Shown here: positions 41,428 to 53,400 of the stretch, in pieces
How positions within the stretch are numbered: position 1 is the stretch's first letter
Layout of the letters: each line of letters starts with the position of its first letter
From: Macrostomum hystrix
Taxonomy: Eukaryota > Animalia > Platyhelminthes
DNA: 64,000 bases
Reading direction: 5' to 3'
NCBI GenBank assembly: GCA_950097015.1
Contig: CATNEN010000035.1
Coordinates: 186,001-250,000, forward strand
Program-made: the position numbers and the translations under genes
The notes under the pieces: model-generated
Databases searched by the model: none
What the model was told of the DNA's origin: nothing
The model's input: only the letters and a program-made list of their open reading frames with translations

Positions 41428-44400
41428 ATGGCACCACATGGAGGCGGTGGTAGTGCCGGAGGCTGCCATCGCATGTGTATCGGTATCAGCATTCTGTTAC
41501 TGATGCAGTGTGCCTTATTTACAGGTGAGATCCGAAAATATTACAAAAAACACTCGAACTAGAAACGAGAATAGACTCATGCGTACAATTGCAGATGTCA
41601 GCAATGCCCAGCTAGCTTGGGGCACCTTTACTCCAGCGCAGCAGACGCCGCCGAACCCAACCGTCACTATCGACGAAAACACAGCATCATCGACTCTGGT
41701 GCTGACAGTGGCTGCGACAGCTGGCACGCCATCCTACACATACTCAATCGTCTCAGCAACTGGATCCGACTCCGCATCCAAGACGACGGCATTTACCATC
41801 GACTCAAGCTCTGGAGCCCTTATAGTGAATGACGCAACAACACTCGATAGGGAGGTAATCGATTACATTGATTTGGTGTTGCAAGCAACAGACAGTGTGC
41901 CAGCCACCGTCTCAACCACAGTGCGAATCGCACTTAAAGATACAAATGAGTTCGCTCCAACATTCTGGCCATCAACTTATTCAACCAACGTATTCGAAAG
42001 TAAGTTGAAAATTTCATATTCAAAACAAAGCAACAGAAAAAAAAGTTGGATTTTATTACTCACGTTTAGAAATCTAAAAAATAAGAATAAAACAAATCGA
42101 CTTTAGACACGACAGTGGGTACTCTGATCCAGACTATCTCAGTGAATGACACTGACGCAGCTGCCACAAACGTTGTCTGCAGCATCACGTCTGGAGACTC
42201 GCTCGGAAAGTTCCAGTTCAGATCCGATAACAAGACCATCGAGTTGAAGACGGTGATTGCGCCCGACTCTCCGACCAACGACCCCGTCACCTACACTCTC
42301 ATCGTTAGCTGCTACGATAACATCGACGGCGCCTACAGCGGTGGCTCGCGCACCTCGACTGGCACAGTGACCGTGTCAGTGATTGCAGTGAACAACTACA
42401 CTCCGACGTGGGGCACGTTCTCCCCAGCCTGGTCCTCTGCGACCACAGCGATCACGACGATCGACGAGAACCTGTCTAGCGGCACCATCTTCACAGCGAA
42501 TGCCACCGACCAGGACTATGGACCTGACGGAGTTGTGGCATACAGCTTCGTGACAGTGCAGTTCAACACTGGGGCCGATGCGAGCGCCCTGTTCACAATT
42601 GGCAGCTCGAGCGGGATTGTCACGAGGTCTGCTGCAACCTCTCCAGCATTGGACAGAGAGACCTACAGCTACATCAACTTTATCGTCCTCGCGACCGACA
42701 GCTCGACCGACACATCGGCTCGGAGGACCGCCACTCAGACGGTCCGAGTCGACTTGAAGGACGTGAACGAGTTCTCACCATCGTTCACTCCATCATCAAC
42801 GTACTCGGTCAACATCAGCGAGAGTAAGTGTAGATATTCTATCTAAGAGCGTAGCAGACCGATAACAAAAAAATATTTTCGTATTTAAACCTTTCTGTAT
42901 AAAAATTACCGAAGTGATATCGCCATTCATCTGTTCAAAACGATCAGGTCTGACTGTCGGCTCCCAGGTCCAAGTTCTCACTGTGACGGACCCCGATCAA
43001 GCTGCCACAAACGTTGTCTGCAGCATCACGTCTGGAGACTCGCTCGGAAAGTTCCAGTTCAGATCCGATAACAAGACCATCGAGTTGAAGACGGTGATTG
43101 CGCCCGACTCTCCGACCAACGACCCCGTCACCTACACTCTCATCGTTAGCTGCTATGATAACATCGACGGCGCCTACAGCGGTGGCTCGCGCACCTCGAC
43201 TGGCACAGTGACCGTGTCAGTGATTGCAGTGAACAACTACACTCCGACGTGGGGCACGTTCTCCCCAGCCTGGTCCTCTGCGACCACAGCGATCACGACG
43301 ATCGACGAGAACCTGTCTAGCGGCACCATCTTCACAGCGAATGCCACCGACCAGGACTATGGACCTGACGGAGTTGTGGCATACAGCTTCGTGACAGTGC
43401 AGTTCAACACTGGGGCCGATGCGAGCGCCCTGTTCACAATTGGCAGCTCGAGCGGGATTGTCACGAGGTCTGCTGCAACCTCTCCAGCATTGGACAGAGA
43501 GACCTACAGCTACATCAACTTTATCGTCCTCGCGACCGACAGCTCGACCGACACATCGGCTCGGAGGACCGCCACTCAGACGGTCCGAGTCGACTTGAAG
43601 GACGTGAACGAGTTCTCACCATCGTTCACTCCATCATCAACGTACTCAGTCAACATTAGCGAGGGTAAGTGTAGATTTAAAAAATTTTTCTTAAATTACT
43701 TCGCTTACTTTTCTTATTTAAAAGCGTAGCAAACAGTGTTGCTGGGGCAGAGTGGCCAAATGAATTACGGAGCAGTAATAATTGAGAAGGTGAAAAGGAA
43801 CGTAAGGTTTGATAGGCCTGCGCGCACTGTTGTATATGTAGACTGTCAAGACTGCCACTTCAACAATCAACCCCCACCCCCGGCCTAGTCCGGTCTGGAG
43901 CAGACAGTAACCCCACAGCCAATCACAAAGCGCCACGAGCGTCACAACATTGTGATGCACAAAATCACCCCCCTCGAAAAGCAGAAGGAAATTATTGCAT
44001 GGTGAAATACAGCAGTCCGTTAGTGCGCAAAGTCAGAAGTTCATGATCAGTTTACAAGTCACAAATCAACTCGGGCTGAACCGAATCGGCCGTCTCCGGA
44101 TCCGGTCGCCTCGTCTCGGCGGTGGCGGCGGCGTCTCGTTGGCCGGCGGCATCGCCACCTTTGCTGGCCCGGCGTTGGTACCATCAAGGCACCAAGCACA
44201 ACGTCTGCCGCTTCGTTGTCCGCCACTGGTGCACTGGGGACGCGGACCAGTTTGTCGGAGTGTCATTGCGAGCCGTCATCGAGCATCCAGGTCTCAGGCC
44301 CAGTCGCCGGACGATTCGCCGAGTGTCGGCGAGTCGTGTCGCCAGCTTGTGAGCAGTCTGTAGCCTGCGGATGCGTATGGTATCGCCAGCCTGTAGTCGC

Positions 44401-47400
44401 GAAGGTCGGGCTCCTCGACGGCGATCAGTATAGCCAGCCTGGCCTTCTCTTTGTTGGGTTGGGCTTTTCGCTCCGTCGCCTCCGCCGATATCGCTTTCGA
44501 CGTCTGCTGCCGGATGCCCTGGCTCCACTGGTTGAGCGGCCCTTGGAGCGGTCGCATGGTCTTGGCTATGTCGAGGATGACCTTTGAGATCCTGCAGCCC
44601 AGGAAGACGATCCCCGGGACACCGACCTGGCACTTCTCCCTGTTCAACGTCAACCCGTTGTCGCTCAGGCGCTAGAGTACGGCTAGAAGCAGCTTGTCGT
44701 ACTCATCAGAGTTGATGCCGTGAATGACGATGTCGTCCACCGAGTGTCGGACTCCCTTGATGTCAGCCAGAATGGTTGATCTGCAGGATCAACGCAACAG
44801 GATCTTCTGGAAGCAGGCGCCGAAGCTGGACATGCCGAATGGGACTCTCGTGAACTATAGTAGAGCCAACAGTTGGTGATGAATGCAGTCAGCTGCCTGC
44901 TGCCAAGGTGCATCGGAATCTGGAGGTAGCTTTGCTTCAGGTCCAGCTTGGTGAAAACCTGGGCGCCAGCGAACTCGGCAGCCAGCTCCTCCTCCTGCGT
45001 TGGGACGGGGAACTTTTCCGGGTTGATGGCCTTGTTGCCGTTTCGCAGGTCGACGCAGAGTCGTAGGTCACCGTTCTTACTTCTTGGAGATGACCAAGTT
45101 AGATACTCAAGGAGACGCGTCGATCTTCTCGATGATGCCTGCGGCCTCCATCTTGTTCAACTCGTCCTTCATGCTGTCCTGCAGCGCCAGCGGCACCCGG
45201 CGCAGCGGCTCGACAGTCGGTGTCGCATCCTTGCGCAGCTGCGGTCTGTGGCAGAACTTCTTGGCCCTACCGATGCCGTCGAAGATGCCTGGGAACTCCT
45301 CGGCGATGTCCTCGACGCTGCTGATCGCGTTGACGCGGATCGAGAATCCCAGCTTGTCCATGCCGTCGATGCCGAGGATGTTGGCACCTTGCCAGCGTGA
45401 TGAAGAATCGGCAGACCGCGGACTTGCCATGGTGCAGGACTCGCAGCTCGGCCGTCCCCAGAACCTCGATTGCAGATCCGCTATAGGAGAACAGCTGCTT
45501 GTGGGTCGGCATGATGACTAGTTGCTTCGGCAGGCGCTTCACGGTCTTCTCGTTGATGATGTTGACTCTCGATCAGTGTCCAACAGGATCCTGACGTCGA
45601 TGTGGGCGATGCTGCAGCCTACGAATTTGAGAAGTGACGCTTCGCCCTGAACTGCAAACACCTCTAATGGCTGTTTGCCATTGTCGTTGTCGTTGTCGTC
45701 GTCCTTGACGGTGCGGACCTTGCGTCGCTGTCGGCAACAGGACTTAAAGTGACCACTGGTGGCACTGCAGGTAGGTCTTGTCCTTCGCTGGAAATTTAGT
45801 AGCGCGGGCGGCGTGCCCGGCCATTTCGCAGTTGGCGCATCGTGCGTCCGAACTGGACTTCTGCGGCTTGGGTTCCTTGCGCAAAGGATGCTTGCTGACC
45901 TTCTGAATGCAGGACTCCAGTTCCCTGTCGATCTTGCCGTCACGCAGCCTCTTGGCTTCGTTAATGGCGGATTCTACTTGAATCGCTAAGGACACGCTGT
46001 CTCCGATTCGAGCACCTTCTCTATGAGCAGGCGTTATCGGATGCGCGGCGAATGGGTCTTCTCGATGATGTGTCCCTGATCATCTGGTCTCGAAGACCGC
46101 CGTATTCGCAATCTGCTACGAGTTCTCGAATGGAGTCAACAAATTGGCTGATCGGCTGGCTCGCCAGGCATCTAGGCGCGTGACTTGAATCTGTAGCGGT
46201 TAATGATGGTGCTGTGGGACTGGCTAAAGATGGCTTTCAGCTGCGCCACCTGCTTGTCATAGGTGTTGACATCCGTCGTAGGCTGAACCCTGAGCGTGCA
46301 GACTCGCTGGCCCTCCTCGACCAGCAGTTGGATGAGAATTGCCTTCTTGCATGCATCCAATGCTTCCATTAGGTCCAAGGCCTCCAGGAAGATATTAAAT
46401 CATTCGATCCAACGATTCCAAGGCATGTATGGCTGTTCTGGGTGGGTGAGAAACACGCGTAGCTCGGAAATGCTCAGGCTCGTCACCATGTTGTGCTGGG
46501 GGGCAGTGTGGCCAAAAGAAAACACTGAGAAGTAACAATTAAAATTACTCAAAAAGAATATTTTCGTATTTAAACCTTCTGTATAAAAAGTACCAAAGTG
46601 ATATCGCCATTCATCTGTTCAAAACGATCAGGTCTGACTGTCGGATCCCAGGTCCAAGTTCTCACTGTGACGGACCCCGATCAAGCTGCCACAAACGTTG
46701 TCTGCAGCATCACGTCTGGAGACTCGCTCGGAAAGTTCCAGTTCAGATCCGATAACAAGACCATCGAGTTGAAGACGGTGATTGCGCCCGACTCTCCGAC
46801 CAACGACCCCGTCACCTACACTCTCATCGTTAGCTGCTACGATAACATCGACGGCGCCTACAGCGGTGGCTCGCGCACCTCGACTGGCACAGTGACCGTG
46901 TCAGTGATTGCAGTGAACAACTACACTCCGACAGTGGGGCACGTTCTCCCCAGCCTGGTCCTCTGCGACCACAGCGATCACGACGATCGACGAGAACCTG
47001 TCTAGCGGAACCATCTTCACAGCGAATGCCACCGACCAGGACTATGGACCTGACGGAGTTGTGGCATACAGCTTCGTGACAGTGCAGTTCAACACTGGGG
47101 CCGATGCGAGCGCCCTGTTCACAATTGGCAGCTCGAGCGGGATTGTCACGAGGTCTGCTGCAACCTCTCCAGCATTGGACAGAGAGACCTACAGCTACAT
47201 CAACTTTATCGTCCTCGCGACCGACAGCTCGACCGACACATCGGCTCGGAGGACCGCCACTCAGACGGTCCGAGTCGACTTGAAGGACGTGAACGAGTTC
47301 TCACCATCGTTCACTCCATCATCAACGTACTCGGTCAACATCAGCGAGAGTAAGTGTAGATATTCTATCTAAGAGCGTAGCAGACCGATTACTAAAAAAT

Positions 47401-50400
47401 ATTTTCGTATTTAAACCTTTCTGCATAAAAGTACCAAAGTGATATCGCCATTCATCTGTTCAAAACGATCAGGTCTGACTGTCGGCTCCCAGGTCCAAGT
47501 TCTCACTGTGACGGACCCCGATCAAGCTGCCACAAACGTTGTCTGCAGCATCACGTCTGGAGACTCGCTCGGAAAGTTCCAGTTCAGATCCGATAACAAG
47601 ACCATCGAGTTGAAGACGGTGATTGCGCCCGACTCTCCGACCAACGACCCCGTCACCTACACTCTCATCGTTAGCTGCTACGATAACATCGACGGCGCCT
47701 ACAGCGGTGGCTCGCGCACCTCGACTGGCACAGTGACCGTGTCAGTGATTGCAGTGAACAACTACACTCCGACGTGGGGCACGTTCTCCCCAGCCTGGTC
47801 CTCTGCGACCACAGCGATCACGACGATCGACGAGAACCTGTCTAGCGGCACCATCTTCACAGCGAATGCCACCGACCAGGACTATGGACCTGACGGAGTT
47901 GTGGCATACAGCTTCGTGACAGTGCAGTTCAACACTGGGGCCGATGCGAGCGCCCTGTTCACAATTGGCAGCTCGAGCGGGATTGTCACGAGGTCTGCTG
48001 CAACCTCTCCAGCATTGGACAGAGAGACCTACAGCTACATCAACTTTATCGTCCTCGCGACCGACAGCTCGACCGACACATCGGCTCGGAGGACCGCCAC
48101 TCAGACGGTCCGAGTCGACTTGAAGGACGTGAACGAGTTCTCACCATCGTTCACTCCATCATCAACGTACTCGGTCAACATCAGCGAGAGTAAGTGTAGA
48201 TTTTTTAAATTTTTTCTTAAATTACTTCGCTTACTTTTCTTATTTAAAAGCGTAGCAAACCGTGTTGCTGGGGCAGAGTGGCCAAATGAATTACGGCGTT
48301 TCATTAAGCAGTAATAATTGAGAAGGTGAAAAGGAACGTAAGGTTTGATAGGCCTGCGCGCACTGTTGTATATGCCACGGGTCTTTACAATGTGTCTTTC
48401 TCCGAAAGTAAGTAAACTTTCCTGCTATGCACTAGTATTTTTTTTAATTCCCGTATGTCTGTGCTTTTTTCAGCCTCACCTGCTGGTACCTTGGTTCAAA
48501 ACATATCCGTGACCGATCCTGATGTATCCAGAACTGCAATCAACTGTACAATAACCTCTGGAAATTCGCCAGATCGCTTTCAAGTGCGTTTAGATGGAAC
48601 TTCAATCGAATTGAAAACACAAAGTCGAACCTGACTCACCTATCTTCGATCCTATTAACTATGTTCTTGTCCTTGCCTGTGCGGACAACACGGCTGGAAC
48701 ATACACTGGTGGCCAGCTGACCTCTACCGCAACTGTCACTGTGCTGGTTCTTTATAACAACGACTATTCTCCCGTATGGGGTACTTTTAACCCAGTTTGG
48801 AGTTCCTCGACAACCCCAATTGCAACCATTGTCGAGAATTTGGCTGTTAATCAAACAGTATTTACAGCTAACGCAACGGATGCTGATGCTAGTGTGGATG
48901 GAGTTGTGGTCTACAGTATTACTAGTGCAGTCGCTGGTAACGGCTCCTCTGTGATGGAGGTTTTTACCATCAACAGTTCAAGCGGTGTTGTGAGCATCGC
49001 TAACTCCAGCGTGCTTGATCGCGAGGGTTACGGATACGTCGACGGTCGTTGTCCAGGCTCGTGATTCGCCAATCTCTGGCACAACCTACACCATCACACA
49101 GACTGTGCGTATCGCCATTTCGGATTACAACGAATTTCCGCCAGCCTTCACACCTGCAAACGGCCGATATACACCCGCCATTCCTGAAAGTAAGTACCTT
49201 TTAACTTGCTGATATTTTATAAAACTTTTATCGCTTTAATTCCGGCAGTAGCCCACTGACAAACTGAAGTTTTAGATCTTGATGAAGTCCAAATCTTGAT
49301 TAAGAGATTGTATTCTAATAAAGATTATATTATAACGCCATAATCCGTCTTTCAGCTTCAGCATCCGGCACTGCCGTGCAGACAATAGTGGCTATTGATC
49401 CGGATTACTCGAACACAACAATTGTGTGCTCTATTTACTCGGGCAACAGTCTGAACCGATTCGCACTCAACACAGGCAATAGCAAGCTTGTGGAAACTGT
49501 ATCGGTCATTCAGCCGGATAAGCCGACCCTCGATCCCAGTACTTATATTCTGACAGTACTCTGCATGGACATGAACAATGGCACCGTAGGCACTCCAGTT
49601 CTTACCTCGACTTGCTACATCACTGTCAACGTCACCCTAGTCAACGACTACGATCCGAGTATCACGCTAAACTCGACCACCATGGTTATCCCGGAGGACA
49701 CAGCAGTGTCGAGTGTCATCGTTAGCGTCACTGCGGATGACTTGGACTTCGGCAGTGATGGTGTTTTCACCATTACACTGAATCCTTCAACACCGTTTTC
49801 GTAAGCTTTGATCTGTTTAGTAAAATGATCTGTTTAGAAAAGTTTGTTAGCTTCTAGAATTTTATTATATTATCAGAGAGGAAAATATAGGGTTTCAAAT
49901 CATAAAAAAGTTTGTTAAATAAAGATAGCCCAAAAGAAATTACCGAACTTTAAGTTCTGTGAATAGCACAGATTTTGCACTGTAAAAACTGCGCCAAACA
50001 GTATCTTTATGTAACTTTATTTTAGCCTCACTGGCGATCGAACTAAGCTATTGTTGACGCAGGCACTTGATCGAGAGACCAGGGATAACTATGTGATCGA
50101 AATGGCCGCTTTGGACCAGGGATCTCTACCAAGGAGCAGCACCACCACGCTTACCGTCAGCGTCACCGACGTGAACGACAACACTCCGGTGTGCGCGCCC
50201 AGTGTTTACAACATCAGTGTGGCATCAGACAGCGCCGCTACCCTGCTGGCCAGTATCCCGTGCACTGACGCCGACCTCGGCAACAATCAGCTGCTGGCCT
50301 ACGCGTTTGTGTCCGGTGATACAAGGAACTTGACGCTGTCGTCTACAACTGGTACTGAGACATAGTTTATCTCTTTTGTAGAAACTAGACTATGAATGCT

Positions 50401-53400
50401 AAGGCCCCCAATGTCCACATGGCTTCCATTTGAATTTTTATAATTGTTCTTGGCGTCAAGTAGCCGACGTGTAACTTCATTTACATGCGTCAGTTTATTT
50501 TCAAATAAATCCGAATCGCAACTTAGGTGTAGTAGCTTATTGGAATCGAAATTCACACGACGTGATATCTTCCGCTATCCTCCACAGGTGCACTGTCGAC
50601 AACGTTCTTAACTTATGAATCTGCTGCACCCACGAAAGTTCTGGTGATCAGCGTGCGTGACAGTGCAACACCAGCCTCGGCACAGCGTACAACAACCGTA
50701 ACAGTGAGCGTCCACGTGCTGCCACGCAATCTGGGTCCGCCAATCTGGAGCACCTTCGTTCCGCCCTGGACAAGTCCAACCGTTGCAATTGGCTCAGTAT
50801 CTGAGAATGCCGATGAAGGCTTGACCGTATTCACCGCTGTCGCTGTTGACTACGACTCTGGACCGGATGGTCTAGTGACGTACAGGCTTGCATCAGTCAC
50901 AGGAACTGATGGCAGCACCAGCGTAGACCTCAGTGCAGCCTTCAACATCTCCAGCAGTTCCGGCTTTGTGCAGGTGAAGACCAAAGGCATCCTTGACCGG
51001 GAGGCGACGCCAGCGTATACTTACGCCAACTTTGTCGTACTGGCGCAGGATAATCCAACAACTGGCACTCCGAATACCATCACTCGAACTGTGCGCGTGG
51101 ATATTACAGACTTTAACGAGTTGGATCCTAGGTTTATCGGAGATCCGTTTTCGGCAACTATTGTTGAAGGTATCAAATCATTACTACCAAAAGTTTTATG
51201 CTGCTTTTGATGTATTAGAAACCTGCTGCTGATTTACTTCAATACATCGCAATTTGAATTTGTATCTAGATAGATAGGGTAGTATTTGTGTTATATGTAC
51301 CGACTTAGGCACAGATATTCCGCGGCACTTCTCAAGGCTGTGTACAACATCTGTTCAGTACGTGGACTCAGCAAGCTGCGTCACCCACGTAAATTTCTGT
51401 CCTAACTATTTCTGGCATCAATTTTACTCGTGAAACTGGGTGAACTGCACGAATGGCTCTCTCTGGGCTCAGATTCGAACTCCTGACCTCTCAGTGAGAA
51501 GTACGAAGCCCTATAGAATAGGCTAAAAGTTCCCAAATTTTTAAGTTAATTTATAAGAAAAGGCAGTGATACAAGCAAACGCGGAATAAAAATCATTTAG
51601 ACTCGTGGACTTCGTGACTCAAATCGCCCTTCTTTATGCTTATAATTCAAACTAGTTTTTACTAAACTAAAAATCGATCATTTGGCATACATTCTACTCG
51701 CCTTTCAGATACAGCCAGTCGGAACACTTGTAAAACAGCTAACAGTTTACGATCCAGACGTGTCCAATACGATCATCTGCTTGCCAAATTACTACCGGAA
51801 ACGAGCTGAGTCTGTTTCGCACCAACTCTGCCAACTCAACTATCATCGAGCTAAACACGGCTATTGATCCGGACAAGCCTAACAATCATCCTTTAAGCTA
51901 CTTTCTTGTTGTTACTTGCAAAGATAACAATGGAGTTGGTTCATTCAGGACTGCAACAGCAAATTTGACGGTCGCAATAACGACGACTAATGATCACACT
52001 CCAACTGTCTCTTTGCCGATCGGGAACAGCTTTACATTACCGGAGACTCAGCCCATCGGAAATGTTGCGGACATTAATGTCATCGACCAAGATTATGGAA
52101 CTGACGGTACTGTTACTTGCTCTATATCACCTACTGGTACCTTCGGGTGAGTATATTTATATTCACATCGCGAATTAAAGCGCTTTTTCTAATTTAGGTA
52201 ATATTGCACATTGTTTATTCGCATTGCAACAATACGCTCATGTATCCAGACTAACCGGCTGCACCAAGCTGACGCTAGTCACCGGCTTGAATTATCCAAC
52301 AGCCAGCTCCTACACTCTGACGATCACAGCAGTTGACAGTGGCGCCACGCCCAGAACCGGTAGCACTGTAGTTACGGTGACGGTTACTGACGTAAACCGC
52401 TATACTCCCAGCTGCTCGCCGTCCACCTACTCCGGTTCTGTACTCGAGTCTGTGTCCACTTTCCCGGCTGCATTGACGCCAGCTCTTACGATCACCTGTA
52501 CAGACGCTGATGGCAACGGTGTCTTCTATCAACTGGTGGACAGCAGTGTGCCTTTCTCTGTTGGCAACCTAACTGGCATCGTATCTTTAACTCGACAAGT
52601 CGACTATGACAGCAGTGTGCAGTCTTATTTGGTGCTTATTCGAGCAGTCGATCCGGCGGACACTGCAAAGTCGGGCTTGGCCACCGCCACTGTGGCGGTG
52701 ACAGCCGTCAACGAGTTCACGCCCACGTTTGCCTCGTCAACTGTCACTGTGTCAGTATTTGAGACTGTAGTTAACTACACCACAATAACAACGTACGCAG
52801 CAACAGACGCAGACTATTCACCGCATGGAATTACTGGCTACACAATCGCTTCAGGAAACACCGGTGGAATGTTCGCCATTAGTAACACTGGTGTAATCAC
52901 TGTGGCGCCAAATATGACCATTGATTACGAGGCTGTGTCTGGAAACTCACCATATGTGCTGCAGATTGTGGCCACTGATGGTGGTGGCCTGACGGGTACT
53001 GGTACAGTTAGTATTGTTATCCTCGACTCGAATGACCTGCCGCCCGTGTTTAGCCCAGCCACTTACTCGGTTAGCGTTGCCGAAGGCACGGTCTCCGGTA
53101 CACTCGTAACAACAGTAACTGCCACCGATGGAGACACGGCGTTGAACAACAACAACAAGGTGCGGTACACCAAGGGCACTGGAGACTCAACCAATTACTT
53201 CAGTGTCAACTCGACCAACGGTATGGTTTTTACAACCGGAAATACGCTAAATTACGATACTGTTACACAAGTGATTTTCACGGTGAGTTTTTTACCACTT
53301 TTACAGAATTTTTAGCTCCACAAACAGAAATTAATTTTTATAGAGTGTGCGATCAGTCGGAAACTTCTGAAAAAATATTTTAGATTTTGGCAATCGATGG

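Noticed and set aside
44000-46400. Plus-strand GC-rich ORFs as host genes
   Set aside because: They are antisense shadows of the gypsy gag-pol.
51470-51526. Functional tRNA gene
   Set aside because: B-box present, but the T-stem and acceptor stem do not pair; treated as a SINE remnant.
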